Below, one piece after another: positions 48,546 through 58,782 of a DNA stretch of 64,000 nt; the first letter of the stretch is position 1; every line of letters begins with the position of its first letter. The translations under genes and the position numbers were made by a program. Source of the DNA: an uncultured Eubacteriales bacterium (GTDB taxonomy: Bacteria > Bacillota > Clostridia > Oscillospirales > Acutalibacteraceae); the NCBI GenBank assembly GCA_964639205.1, contig CAZXCG010000002.1, forward strand, positions 3,692-67,691. Reading direction: 5' to 3'. The notes below the pieces were generated by a model. The model saw only the letters and a list, made by a program, of their open reading frames with translations, was not told the origin of the DNA and did not search any database.

Positions 48546-51371
48546 ATGAAAAACGACAAAATAATTGTAAAAGGCGCAAAAAAACACAACCTGAAAAACA
48601 TAGATCTGGAAATCCCCCGCGATAAGCTGACGGTTCTTACCGGAATTTCCGGCTCGGGAAAATCTTCCCTTGCGTTTGACACACTGTATGCCGAGGGACA
48701 GCGGCGCTACGTTGAAAGCCTTTCCTCCTACGCACGCCAATTTTTGGGACAAATGGAAAAAACCGAAGTTGAAAGCATAAGCGGTCTTTCTCCCGCCATT
48801 TCCATTGACCAAAAAACCACGTCCAAAAATCCCCGCTCGACCGTAGGAACCGTAACCGAAATATACGATTATCTGCGCCTGCTCTATGCAAGGATAGGCG
48901 TTCCGCACTGCCCGGTTTGCGGCAATGAAATCAAGCGACAGAGCATAGACCAAATTGTCGACCGCGTTATGAGCCTGGGGAACGGGGCAAAAATTCAAGT
49001 AATGGCTCCGATTATCCGCGGCAAAAAGGGAGAGCATGTCAAAGAGCTCGACAAGGCGCGCAAAAGCGGATTTGTCCGCGTGCGTATCGACGGAATAATC
49101 TACGATTTGTCGGATGAGATAAAGCTTGAGAAAAACAAAAAACACATTATTGAAATCGTGGTGGACAGGCTTGTAATAAAGCCTGATATACGCTCGCGTC
49201 TTGCCGACAGCGTTGAAACCGCTTCAAAGCTTACGGACGGACTTATTTCCGTAAGCGTAACGGGCGGCGACGATATATTGTTTTCACAGAGCTTTTCGTG
49301 TCCCGACCACCAGATAAGCATCGACGAGCTTACCCCGCGTATGTTCTCCTTTAACAATCCGTTCGGCGCGTGCGACAAATGCACCGGTCTCGGTGTGTTT
49401 ATGAAAATAGACCCCGACCTCGTAATACCTAATTACAAGCTTTCGATAAATCAGGGCGGAATTAAAGCCGCCGGCTGGGCAATGGAAGGGAACTCGATTG
49501 CCGCCATGTATTTTAAGGCTCTTTCCGAAAAATACGGCTTTTCTCTTGATACGCCGCTCGAAGAGCTTTCGCCTGACATTATAGACATTTTGCTTTACGG
49601 TACAAAAGGCGAGCCTTTACAGCTTCAGCGTGAAGGCAAGTATTTTAAGAGAAGCTATGAGCAGCCCTTCGAAGGAGTAATAAACAATCTTGAGCGCCGC
49701 TTCCGCGAAACCTCAAGCACATGGATAAAGGAGGAAATCGAGGGCTTTATGTCTTCCATTCCATGCGACAAATGCGGCGGCAAGCGTCTTTCTCCTATCA
49801 GCCTTGCGGTAACCGTCGGCGGAATAAACATTGCCGACTTCTGCGATATGTCGGTTCAGCAGGCGCTTGTCTTCCTTGACAAGCTTCAGCTTACTCCCCG
49901 GGAAATGCTTATAGGCCGAGACGTACTGCACGAGATTAGGGAACGCCTTAACTTTTTAAGCAGCGTCGGGCTTGCTTACCTTACTCTTTCGCGCAGCGCA
50001 GGAACACTCAGCGGGGGCGAAGCCCAGCGAATACGTCTTGCCACTCAAATAGGAAGCTCGCTTATGGGCGTTATGTATATTCTTGACGAGCCGAGCATCG
50101 GACTTCACCAGCGGGACAATTCAAAGCTGCTTGCCACGCTTAAACGTCTGCGTGATTTAGGCAACACCGTGATTGTTGTAGAACACGATGAAGAAACAAT
50201 GGAAAACGCCGATTATATTGTGGATATAGGACCCGGGGCGGGAGTGCACGGCGGCGAGGTGGTCTGCTGCGGCAGCGTTGAAGATATAAAAGCATGCGGC
50301 GCCTCCGTTACCGGTCAGTACCTCAGCGGTAAAAAGCAAATTCCGATCCCGGAAAAACGCCGCAAAGGAAACGGAAATTTTCTTGAAATAAGGGGAGCTG
50401 CGGAAAATAACCTTAAAAACATCAACGTTAAAATCCCGCTCGGAAAATTTGTGTGCGTAACCGGAGTTTCCGGTTCGGGCAAATCTTCGCTTATCAACGA
50501 AATTCTTTATAAAAAGCTTGCCTCGGAACTCAACCGCGCCAAAACGCGTCCCGGAAAGCATAAATCCATTAATGGTATGGAGTACCTTGACAAGGTGATT
50601 GAAATAAACCAAAATCCAATCGGCAGAACTCCGCGTTCAAATCCGGCGACCTACACCGGAGTTTTTACGGATATACGCGAGCTCTTTGCCTCCGCCAACG
50701 GCTCTAAAATGCGCGGATACACCGCCGCGAGGTTTTCCTTCAATGTAAAAGGAGGCAGGTGCGAAGCGTGCGAAGGCGACGGAATTAAAAAGATTGAAAT
50801 GCATTTTCTGCCGGATATTTATGTCCCGTGCGAAGTGTGCAAGGGCAGACGCTACAACCGTGAAACGCTTGAGGTAAAATATAAGGGCAAATCAATATAC
50901 GACGTTCTCGAAATGACGGTTGAAGAAGGTCTTGAGTTTTTTTCAAGCCACCCGAAAATATTCCGGAAGCTCTCCACCTTAAACGAAGTGGGGCTCGGAT
51001 ATATTAAAATAGGTCAGCCGGCAACCACGCTTTCCGGCGGAGAAGCACAGCGCGTAAAGCTTGCAACCGAGCTTAGCCGCCGCAGTACCGGAAAAACAAT
51101 TTATATACTCGACGAGCCCACCACAGGACTGCATATCGCGGACGTTCACAGACTTATTGAGGTTTTGCAAAAACTGGTTGACAGCGGAAATACGGTTGTG
51201 GTTATTGAACATAACCTCGATCTCATTAAAACCGCCGATTATATTATAGACCTCGGTCCGGAAGGAGGCAGCGGCGGCGGTGAAGTAGTCGCGCACGGTA
51301 CTCCGGAACAGCTTGCCGAATGTGAAAATTCCTACACCGGAATGTATCTCAAAAAAATGCTTAATAAATAA
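48546..51371 (+). CDS. uvrA: excinuclease ABC subunit A
   Basis: 941 aa with two ABC ATPase modules ([20 protein letters not shown]), LSGGE signatures and zinc fingers. Confidence 0.97.
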   Translation: MKNDKIIVKGAKKHNLKNIDLEIPRDKLTVLTGISGSGKSSLAFDTLYAEGQRRYVESLSSYARQFLGQMEKTEVESISGLSPAISIDQKTTSKNPRSTVGTVTEIYDYLRLLYARIGVPHCPVCGNEIKRQSIDQIVDRVMSLGNGAKIQVMAPIIRGKKGEHVKELDKARKSGFVRVRIDGIIYDLSDEIKLEKNKKHIIEIVVDRLVIKPDIRSRLADSVETASKLTDGLISVSVTGGDDILFSQSFSCPDHQISIDELTPRMFSFNNPFGACDKCTGLGVFMKIDPDLVIPNYKLSINQGGIKAAGWAMEGNSIAAMYFKALSEKYGFSLDTPLEELSPDIIDILLYGTKGEPLQLQREGKYFKRSYEQPFEGVINNLERRFRETSSTWIKEEIEGFMSSIPCDKCGGKRLSPISLAVTVGGINIADFCDMSVQQALVFLDKLQLTPREMLIGRDVLHEIRERLNFLSSVGLAYLTLSRSAGTLSGGEAQRIRLATQIGSSLMGVMYILDEPSIGLHQRDNSKLLATLKRLRDLGNTVIVVEHDEETMENADYIVDIGPGAGVHGGEVVCCGSVEDIKACGASVTGQYLSGKKQIPIPEKRRKGNGNFLEIRGAAENNLKNINVKIPLGKFVCVTGVSGSGKSSLINEILYKKLASELNRAKTRPGKHKSINGMEYLDKVIEINQNPIGRTPRSNPATYTGVFTDIRELFASANGSKMRGYTAARFSFNVKGGRCEACEGDGIKKIEMHFLPDIYVPCEVCKGRRYNRETLEVKYKGKSIYDVLEMTVEEGLEFFSSHPKIFRKLSTLNEVGLGYIKIGQPATTLSGGEAQRVKLATELSRRSTGKTIYILDEPTTGLHIADVHRLIEVLQKLVDSGNTVVVIEHNLDLIKTADYIIDLGPEGGSGGGEVVAHGTPEQLAECENSYTGMYLKKMLNK

Positions 51372-51491
51372 AAACTCGCTCCTTTTTGTGTGAAGCAATT
51401 TCATACGAAAGAGGGGCTTTTATCTGACTGATTTTTTTTGCAAAGCCCAGCTCCGCAGCCTTCAGACAGGTTAAATTTATGCTGAAAATGC

Positions 51492-51520
51492 TTGTAATGT
51501 TTTTTAAGGTATGATATAAT
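51492..51520 (+). promoter_or_regulatory. sigma-A type promoter for LRR-dockerin gene 2
   Basis: TTGTAA-17 nt-TATAAT with TGa (extended -10). Confidence 0.5.
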
Positions 51521-51616
51521 ACTTTAAATATAAATCTTACAAAATAAATGATTGTCATTAAACACAAACACAAAATTAACACTGCTTAATTTCAAATTAA
51601 AAAGGAGTGAATCCAA

Positions 51617-52690
51617 ATGAAAAAGATTATGTCTGTTTTATTGTCGCTGCTGTTTATAATTACCGCTGTGCAGCTCTCGATTATTCCGTCTTCGGCATTC
51701 ACAGACGAAATCGACTTCCGCTACACCCCTAAGGAAGACGGAACCGTAAGCGTATTTTCATACAATTGTTACCACTTACCATATGACACTTCTGTCCTTA
51801 TTCCTGCAGTATTGGGCGGTTGTCCGGTATCTGAAATCGGAGTTGCCGCATTTTATCACAACTCCCGTATAGAGCTTGTAGTTATTCCGGAAGGCGTAAC
51901 AACTATTTCAAACATGGCTTTCAGCGGCTGCACGGCTCTTGTCAATGTAACATTACCGAGTACCTTAACGTATATCGGCGCAGATGCATTCAATTCATGT
52001 GAAAATCTTACGACGATCGAACTGCCGTCCGGGCTGGAAACAATCTGTAGTAACGCTTTTCGTGAGTGCAGCAGTCTTGAAAGCGTTGTTATTCCATACG
52101 GTATAACCGATTTAAGCGGCGCTCTGTTTGCCGACTGCTCATCTCTTACATACGTTGAAATACCTGAAAGCGTTGTCAGCATAGGGGGAACAACTTTTTC
52201 ACGTTGTTACTCCTTAGAAAGCGTAACGCTTCCGTCAAGCGTTAATGAAATAGGCATCGGAGCTTTTATGAATTGCACAAGTCTTGAAGAAATTGCGATT
52301 CCGGACAGCGTTGAGGTGATATACGAGAACGTTTTCAGCGGATGCACGAGCCTCAAAAAGGCATTTATACCTGCCGGTGTGAATAAAATTTATACCTCCG
52401 CATTTGATAATTGCAGTGAAGAATTGGTTATTTACGGATACTCCGGCACTACCGCCGAAACATACGCCGCTGCTCAGGGTATTAAATTTGTTGCGCTGGA
52501 CGGCGGCAAAGGCGATGTAAACGCAGACGGAGAGATCAACGCTGCGGACGCTACCCTTATTTTGCAATACTATGCCGAAATTATTGGTAAAGATACTTAC
52601 GGATACCACGCTGCCGATATGAACGGCGACGGTCTGGTAAACGCAACTGACGCCACGCTTATACTTCAGATATACGCCGGCATAAATTAA
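51617..52690 (+). CDS. secreted BspA-type leucine-rich-repeat protein with C-terminal dockerin (paralog of 2796..4154)
   Basis: 357 aa with a signal peptide. LRR units (LxxVxIPxGVTxIxxxAFxxC). Dockerin GDVNADGEINAADATLILQ / DMNGDGLVNATDATLILQ (nt ~52499-52687). Confidence 0.88.
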   Translation: MKKIMSVLLSLLFIITAVQLSIIPSSAFTDEIDFRYTPKEDGTVSVFSYNCYHLPYDTSVLIPAVLGGCPVSEIGVAAFYHNSRIELVVIPEGVTTISNMAFSGCTALVNVTLPSTLTYIGADAFNSCENLTTIELPSGLETICSNAFRECSSLESVVIPYGITDLSGALFADCSSLTYVEIPESVVSIGGTTFSRCYSLESVTLPSSVNEIGIGAFMNCTSLEEIAIPDSVEVIYENVFSGCTSLKKAFIPAGVNKIYTSAFDNCSEELVIYGYSGTTAETYAAAQGIKFVALDGGKGDVNADGEINAADATLILQYYAEIIGKDTYGYHAADMNGDGLVNATDATLILQIYAGIN

Positions 52691-53064
52691 ATTACTTGCG
52701 GCGTTTTACCCAACGATCTTATTTTAAAGGCTAAACAATCAGCTATCCGGCGGCATCACTTTGACATTAAACAGAATTAAGGAGAATTTTTATCATAAGA
52801 ACTTATCCATCATTAATACAACCTGAAGAAAAGGTATTTGCGTTGACGAATATCTGACAAATAAGCGTGAAGGCGTGTTTAAGTTACGGCTTGACTGCAA
52901 GCGTTGGGGCAAGCGGCGCAAGGCTCTTACCGAGCGGGATGGGATACAGAAAACCGAAAGGAAGAGCGTCCGAAACAGGCTCAGGCAGCTGCAGGATCAG
53001 GGCAGGCAGCAAAAGCCACGCAAGAAATCCTTTGACAAAGAAAGGTAACTCTAAGACGGAAAAC

Positions 53065-53110
53065 AACCCCGCAGGGCAGGTTTCCTGCTCTGCGGGGTTA
53101 CGTATATTTT
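53065..53110 (+). terminator. intrinsic terminator-like hairpin in an otherwise gene-less stretch
   Basis: AACCCCGCAGGGCAGG-TTT-CCTGCTCTGCGGGGTT followed by ACGTATATTTT. Confidence 0.5.
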
Positions 53111-53151
53111 GACAGAAAAGCACCCGGCAAGATTTTTGCATCTTGCCGGGT
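53104..53151 (-). terminator. intrinsic terminator after the MacB-type ABC operon
   Basis: ACCCGGCAAGAT-6 nt-ATCTTGCCGGGT. The minus strand continues GCTTTTCTGTCAAAATAT. Confidence 0.6.
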
Positions 53152-53152
53152 A

Positions 53153-53203
53153 TTCAATAAGGGACTTTGCCGCGCCATTCAACGTGGCAAAGGGCAGCGT
53201 TAG
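53153..53203 (-). repeat. structured intergenic element, family 1, truncated copy C (right-end third only)
   Basis: The plus strand reads TTCAATAAGGGACTTTGCCGCGCCATTCAACGTGGCAAAGGGCAGCGTTAG, matching copy A up to the GCAGCGTTAGC hairpin. After that the similarity stops. Confidence 0.7.
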
Positions 53204-53244
53204 GTACAGCTCGGCAAAGAGATTTTTTTAAAATAAGACAGCAT

Positions 53245-55971
53245 TTATTCCGCGTTTTTAAGCGCCTCGTCCATGGGGACCCTCTTAATCCGTCTGAAAT
53301 CAAACAAGACAACGATACAGTAGCCGATAAGCACAAACAGGAACATCTTAGCGTAGCCGACCGCACTGATTTGGAAGGTGAACCACCCGCTGTACTCTGA
53401 CATGATTGCCTCCCACGCCTTATTCATGAAAAGTGAACCGAGCACCACGCCGACGGCGTCGGCAATCAGCAGGACGAGCGCTGTGGATTTCAGATACAGA
53501 CTTGCAATTTCCCGATTTTCGTAGCCGAGTATTTTGGTCATTGAAATGGCGTTCTCGTTTTTCTCAATGATGATTTTGCTCAGCAGGTAAATCATCGCCG
53601 CCGACAGCAGTATGCAAAGCACCTGAAAGTATTGCATATACGAGCCCATGGAGTGGTCGAGCTGATCGCACATTTTTGTTATATCCCGCTCGGTAATTAC
53701 GGCGGCAACGGTATCCTCGCCGAGATCGGTTATTTCCGTGTCGGACAGAAAACCGTTGAATTCCCCCTCTTCCAAAGCAAAAACAGAGCGGAAATTATCA
53801 ACCGTCATAAACACCGCAATGCTCGCGGATTTATCATAAAAACCGGCAACCCGGAAGGAATACTGCTTATTCTCATACTTTTCGTCAAGCGTCACCGTGT
53901 CTCCCGGGGAAACGCCGTATTTATCACGGAAAGATTCGGAAATATAAACCTCGTTTTCACCGAGGGAGGGCAGTTCCTCTATGGTAACATAACGGCTTGC
54001 GGGCGAAATTCCGTAAACGGAAATTTCCTCATCGAACGCTTCGCTTTTCAGTTGCAGGGATTTCGTGCAAAACTGCTCTGCGTCGCCGTTTAGGGTTGTG
54101 ACGGCATTTCCGTCGTCATCCTCGCAGGATTTCAGCACATATTGATATTTTGAAAACATCATATCACCGACATTTTCTTTATAATAATCCAAGGTTTCGG
54201 GCATACCCACTGCCATGGCCATCATAACCATAACAAAAAAGATACCGAAAAACAAAATGATATAATTCGGGATATTTTGAAAGATTATGCGCAGGCGGAA
54301 GCGGCGGAAAAATCTCCATTTTGGCAGGCGCATGGCCTTTTTGCGCCCGCTCCTCTTTAAATCTCCGCGAAGGAATCGGAGAGGCGTGTGCTGCATTTTT
54401 ACCGAAATTATCAACAGATTGACAAGGAACATCAACGCCAGCGGAATCAGTGTGGTTTTCAGAAACGCGTTTGCGTTCCATACAGTTTCGTAAGTCGGCA
54501 GACTGTAGCTGTTGTAGTACATAGAAACCACAACATCCTTGAAAACCGTGTAACCGAGTATATTGCCGACCGCCGCCGAAATCAGTGTGACAATCACGGG
54601 CATAGTCATATAGTGCCTGATAAGCTCGCCCTTTGTGTAGCCGGACGCGCGCAGTGTACCGATGGTTTTAGATTCTCTTGTAACAGTATTGCTGATTGTA
54701 ACGGCAAAAATGAACGCGATGATCAAAGTCAGAATATCAAGGAGAACTCCGCCTATAGCCAGATCGCTGCCCATATCGTCGCCTGCGAAATGTATCGCCT
54801 GATTGGCATATGCGGGGAGAAAGTCCTTAAGCTCGTTTTCGTAAACAACGGTTTGCGTCAAAAGCGCCGGGAGAAAATCGTCGGAAAAAGCCTTCTCTTC
54901 ATTCTCATCCGCAGGGTCGTTATCGTACTGCCAAGCATAGGAATAGTGAATTTCGCCTTTCAGGCGTGCAAAGCCGCTTTCTGTCACCATGGCTGTATCA
55001 AATTTGAGCGCGTCAAAAATCAAATCCGTGTTCTTTTCGTGCAGCGTAGAATAGTTGACATAGGCAATCAACCCGACTACCCGGTAGCTTTCCGCGCCTA
55101 CGGTAATGCTGTCTCCGACCTTTATGCCCGCATTATCCGCATGCATACGGTCAACGGCAATTTCGTTGCCGTTTTCGGGAAAACGGCCGTCCATCAGGCA
55201 GGCAAGATTGACGTCCTCGGTCTTTTTGAAGACGCGGATTGTGCCGTCGGCAGCTCCGTCGTTATTATTGTCCTCTTCCTCGTTTCGGTAGAAATTCTCA
55301 TATAAAGTGACCGGAACGCTCTGAAAAGACGAATCGTTTAATTTATATTTTTCTTCCGCTTCGGCATATTCTTCGTTTATTTCAGTCAGAATTTCGTCCC
55401 AAGCTTCGTCATAAGCCTCAGCATATGCTTCACTGTAAGCGCCGGCATAAGCTTCCTCATAGGCGCTGTCATAGGCCGCCTGATAATTTCCGCTCTGTTT
55501 TGCCTGCTCGATAGCCGCCGGAAGCATGGCGTATACAGCAGCTTCGTCCGACGTCTGCGCCGTCAAAGCGCTTTTTATTTGATCAGTAAAAGAAGCTTCA
55601 AATTCATCGGCAAATTTTGCGTCAAATTCCTTTGTAAATTCCGCTTTGAATTCGTCCTCAAATTTTTCGTCGAGCTCCGCCTTTGCTTCTTCGATATAAT
55701 ACGCTTTTACATCCGCTTTTTCTCCGGAGGCAATCGCGGAAAGCAATTTTTCGTCCGCTTTGTCGTTCAGTTCAAAGTGGCCGTCCTCAAGCTTGTATTT
55801 CACAACACTTTCGTCCGCTGCCGCCATCATGCTGCCGTTTGCCACATACATACCGGAAACAAAGCCGATAACCAAAATCAGAAACAGACCGACCACAAGA
55901 TATTTCCGCCAGTCGCCGAGTATTTCTCTCCGGATACGTTTTACAAGCGGATTATGAATTTTTCTTTTCAT
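53245..55971 (-). CDS. ABC transporter permease with two FtsX/MacB-type domains and a large extracytoplasmic region
   Basis: 908 aa from the ATG at 55971 (AAGGAG RBS overlapping the ATPase stop). TM clusters at about aa 400-540 and 790-915 of the track ORF. Acidic repeat-rich insert near the N-terminus. Confidence 0.85.
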   Translation of the reverse strand: MKRKIHNPLVKRIRREILGDWRKYLVVGLFLILVIGFVSGMYVANGSMMAAADESVVKYKLEDGHFELNDKADEKLLSAIASGEKADVKAYYIEEAKAELDEKFEDEFKAEFTKEFDAKFADEFEASFTDQIKSALTAQTSDEAAVYAMLPAAIEQAKQSGNYQAAYDSAYEEAYAGAYSEAYAEAYDEAWDEILTEINEEYAEAEEKYKLNDSSFQSVPVTLYENFYRNEEEDNNNDGAADGTIRVFKKTEDVNLACLMDGRFPENGNEIAVDRMHADNAGIKVGDSITVGAESYRVVGLIAYVNYSTLHEKNTDLIFDALKFDTAMVTESGFARLKGEIHYSYAWQYDNDPADENEEKAFSDDFLPALLTQTVVYENELKDFLPAYANQAIHFAGDDMGSDLAIGGVLLDILTLIIAFIFAVTISNTVTRESKTIGTLRASGYTKGELIRHYMTMPVIVTLISAAVGNILGYTVFKDVVVSMYYNSYSLPTYETVWNANAFLKTTLIPLALMFLVNLLIISVKMQHTPLRFLRGDLKRSGRKKAMRLPKWRFFRRFRLRIIFQNIPNYIILFFGIFFVMVMMAMAVGMPETLDYYKENVGDMMFSKYQYVLKSCEDDDGNAVTTLNGDAEQFCTKSLQLKSEAFDEEISVYGISPASRYVTIEELPSLGENEVYISESFRDKYGVSPGDTVTLDEKYENKQYSFRVAGFYDKSASIAVFMTVDNFRSVFALEEGEFNGFLSDTEITDLGEDTVAAVITERDITKMCDQLDHSMGSYMQYFQVLCILLSAAMIYLLSKIIIEKNENAISMTKILGYENREIASLYLKSTALVLLIADAVGVVLGSLFMNKAWEAIMSEYSGWFTFQISAVGYAKMFLFVLIGYCIVVLFDFRRIKRVPMDEALKNAE

Positions 55972-55985
55972 ACCGTAAGCGCTCC

Positions 55986-56702
55986 TTACCATTCCAGATC
56001 GGCGGCTGAAGCTTTGCAGCCGTTATGTTCGTTCAGACGCACTTCGCCGTCGCGCAGCTTGATTATGTGATCTGCCATACCCTTAATAGGCTCGTTGTGA
56101 GTGACCATAATAACCGTGTTTTTATACTTGACGTTTATATCCTCTATAAGCTTTAAAATTTCCTTTGAAGTAGTATAATCCAACGCGCCGGTCGGCTCGT
56201 CGCACAGCAGTATATCCGGATTTTTGACAATCGCCCTGCCTATGGAAACCCGCTGCTGCTGTCCGCCGGAAAGCTGGTTGGGCAGCTTATGGCGGTGCTC
56301 GTAAAGTCCGAGTGTGTTCAGCAATTCGTCGATGTCCAGCGGGCTGTCCGACAAATACGCTCCCACCTCGATATTTTCCTTAACATTCAGATTTCCGATG
56401 AGATTATAAAGCTGGAATACATAGCCGAGGTGCTTGCGGCGATATTGTGTCAAACGCTTTTCGCTCATATCCTCCAATTTATCTCCGCCGATGTAAATAC
56501 AGCCGGAATCGGCGCTGTCTATGCCGCCTATGATATTCAGCAGAGTGGACTTTCCGGAGCCGGAAGGACCGAGGAGCACGCAAAATTCCCCTTTTGCAAC
56601 GGAAAAGCTCAAACCGCGGAGCACCTCTTGGCGGGTTTCTCCGCTCCCAAAAGATTTTCTTAAATCAACTATTTTCAAAAAATTCTTTTCTGCATCTGAC
56701 AT
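55986..56702 (-). CDS. ABC transporter ATP-binding protein (MacB/LolD-like)
   Basis: 238 aa. [35 protein letters not shown]. Confidence 0.93.
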   Translation of the reverse strand: MSDAEKNFLKIVDLRKSFGSGETRQEVLRGLSFSVAKGEFCVLLGPSGSGKSTLLNIIGGIDSADSGCIYIGGDKLEDMSEKRLTQYRRKHLGYVFQLYNLIGNLNVKENIEVGAYLSDSPLDIDELLNTLGLYEHRHKLPNQLSGGQQQRVSIGRAIVKNPDILLCDEPTGALDYTTSKEILKLIEDINVKYKNTVIMVTHNEPIKGMADHIIKLRDGEVRLNEHNGCKASAADLEW

Positions 56703-56869
56703 ACTGAAATCTATCCCTTCTTAATGTATTAAACGGCGAAAGCTTTTTATGCCTCGGTATGTATAACACAGTGCTTTGCGCCGGGTTAATCTAAAACGGC
56801 GATTGCCCGTTTTATCTTTTAGGCGGGCGGGAACGGAGATATTGGGTTAGCTCCGTCTAACCCTGCGGC

Positions 56870-56897
56870 AAAATAAAAGCGCCTGCTGTTAGCAGCG
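56870..56897 (-). terminator. promoter-proximal terminator-like hairpin in the ABC operon leader
   Basis: The minus strand reads CGCTGCT-AAC-AGCAG(G)CG followed by CTTTTATTTT, starting about 10 nt after the predicted TSS. An overlapping alternative hairpin is GTTAG-TCGCTG-CTAAC. Confidence 0.4.
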
Positions 56898-56913
56898 ACT
56901 AACTTCATGATTT

Positions 56914-56943
56914 AGTATACCACAGATGTGTCCCGCTTGTCAA
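56914..56943 (-). promoter_or_regulatory. sigma-A type promoter (extended -10) for the MacB-type ABC operon
   Basis: The minus strand reads TTGACA-18 nt-TATACT, preceded by TGg. About 205 nt upstream of the ATPase ATG. Confidence 0.55.
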
Positions 56944-56979
56944 GATACCTCCGGAGGAAATTCCGTATTTATGCCATAT

Positions 56980-57022
56980 GGAGAGATTAGAAACAGAGCC
57001 GGTTTACACTTAACCGGCTCTG
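56980..57022 (-). terminator. intrinsic terminator after the ABC exporter pair
   Basis: CAGAGCCGGTT-7 nt-AACCGGCTCTG. The minus strand continues TTTCTAATCTC. Confidence 0.6.
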
Positions 57023-57036
57023 CATTGTACACCTGT

Positions 57037-58782
57037 TTAGCCAATCATCGGCTTTTGGCTTTCGGTTTGCAGTCCTACCATATGGGTATAAATGCCGTTC
57101 TGCCCCAGCAGCTGATCGGGGCTTCCCTGCTCGGCAACCATACCGTCTGAGAGAACAACAACCTTATCCGCACCGGCAACGGTACGCATTCTATGCGCAA
57201 TCAAAAGAACCGTTTTGTTTCTTATCAGGCGGGAAAGCGCCGACTGAATTGCCGTCTCGTTTTCCGCATCAAGGCTTGCCGTCGCCTCATCGAGCAGGAT
57301 AATCGGCGCGTCCTTGAGGAAAGCGCGGGCGATGGAAATGCGCTGCCGCTCACCGCCGGAAAGGAAGCTTCCGTTTTCGCCGATGCTGCTGTTCCATTTG
57401 TCGGGCAGCTTCTCAACAAACTCTTCACAGTTTGCAAGCCTCGCCGCCTCCATGACTTCTTCGTCGGTCGCATCCTTTCTGCCGATACGAATGTTCTCCA
57501 TAACGGTATTGTTAAAGAGGGTAACATCCTGAAAGACGATTGAAAAGACCGTTAAAAGCCGCTCGGGATCGACTGACTGTACATCGACGCCGCCGACAGT
57601 GATTTTCCCCTCATCGGCGTCCCAGAACCTTGCCGCAAGCTTTGCCGCCGTAGATTTGCCGCCGCCTGATGGACCGATCAGCGCAGTCACCTCACCCTGT
57701 TTTGCGGTAAAGGTAACATTACGCAATACTGTCTCATCGGTGTTGTAGGCAAAGCCGACATTATCAAAGACAATGTCGTAACCGTTCGGGTGAAATTCCT
57801 GTCCGCCGCTTTGCTCCTTGCAGTTTTCAATCTCGTTCATACGGTCAATATTAATTTGCAGTGAATTTATCGCTGCCAAATTCTGCAATGATAAAGACAT
57901 AGGCTCATAAATTCTGGATACCGCGAGCAAAAACATAAAGAAAGTAATCAGCGACAGCGTGCCGTCCGTCAGAAAAACGCTGCCTGCAAGCGCCACGGTC
58001 GCGATACCCAGCTTTAAAATCATCTGAGCCGGTACGACAAACATGGCAACGCCGAGCTCGCTCTTGATATGGCGTTTTTCCAACGCGTCGATTTTGCGGT
58101 ACAACCCGCCCAGATATTTCTGCTCCGCATTGTTGCTTTTGAGGTCGCGAGCGGTTTCCAAATACTCCTGTATGCCGTCCTGCACTGCAATCTGTGCCGC
58201 GCTTTGTTTACGGCTGAAACAGTTCTGTGCCTTTTTGGAAAGTCCCACGATTAAAAGCGCTACGGGTAATACCCACAGAGCGGCAAGCGCCAGACGCCAA
58301 TCGTAAAAGAACAAACTTATTGCAATCAGACAGGTGTAAATAATAGAGGCATAAAACTGCGGGACATAATGGGAAAGCATCTGCTCGGTCGTTGCCGCAT
58401 CGCCCAGGATAGTGTCGGTAAGATCCGCAAGATCCTTTTTTCCGAAGAACGAAAGCGGCAGTCTGCGGAGCTTTTCCGCAAGACGGATTCTGCATTTCCC
58501 GGATTCTCTGTAAGTAGAAAAGTAGGTGGAGTTGTATTTCCAAAGCTCCGATAAAAATATCAGAAGGAGCGCCGCGGCAATTCCGACCCAATATAATGCA
58601 CAATGATTCTCCGGTACTGCTCCGCCGAGAAAATCATTTACCAAAAAGTACAGAAGCCCCACCGGGAACATCAGCGCAATATCACCGACCGCGCAAGCGG
58701 CAGTCGCCCATACAAGTCCTTTTGCTCCCTCGCGGGAGAGTGCAAACCGTTTCATAATTCTGCTTATCATACCGCACCTCAT
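57037..58782 (-). CDS. ABC exporter half-transporter (TMD-NBD), subunit 2 of a heterodimer
   Basis: 581 aa with six TM helices then an NBD (GPSGGGKST, LSGGERQRISIARA, ILLDEATASLD). The ATGA overlap with the upstream gene fits the start at 58782, but ATGs at 58770 and 58755 are alternatives. Confidence 0.9.
   Translation of the reverse strand: MRCGMISRIMKRFALSREGAKGLVWATAACAVGDIALMFPVGLLYFLVNDFLGGAVPENHCALYWVGIAAALLLIFLSELWKYNSTYFSTYRESGKCRIRLAEKLRRLPLSFFGKKDLADLTDTILGDAATTEQMLSHYVPQFYASIIYTCLIAISLFFYDWRLALAALWVLPVALLIVGLSKKAQNCFSRKQSAAQIAVQDGIQEYLETARDLKSNNAEQKYLGGLYRKIDALEKRHIKSELGVAMFVVPAQMILKLGIATVALAGSVFLTDGTLSLITFFMFLLAVSRIYEPMSLSLQNLAAINSLQINIDRMNEIENCKEQSGGQEFHPNGYDIVFDNVGFAYNTDETVLRNVTFTAKQGEVTALIGPSGGGKSTAAKLAARFWDADEGKITVGGVDVQSVDPERLLTVFSIVFQDVTLFNNTVMENIRIGRKDATDEEVMEAARLANCEEFVEKLPDKWNSSIGENGSFLSGGERQRISIARAFLKDAPIILLDEATASLDAENETAIQSALSRLIRNKTVLLIAHRMRTVAGADKVVVLSDGMVAEQGSPDQLLGQNGIYTHMVGLQTESQKPMIG

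Noticed and set aside
48333-49145. 270-aa ORF on the minus strand
   Set aside because: It is antisense to the exonuclease 3' end and the uvrA 5' end, spans an intergenic gap, and has no motifs.
52867-53141. 81-aa (+) and 85-aa (-) ORFs in the gap after LRR-dockerin gene 2
   Set aside because: Both have low-complexity composition, both traverse the terminator hairpin at 53065-53099, and neither has an RBS.
54388-55305. 305-aa ORF on the plus strand
   Set aside because: It is a shadow ORF antisense to the FtsX-type permease.
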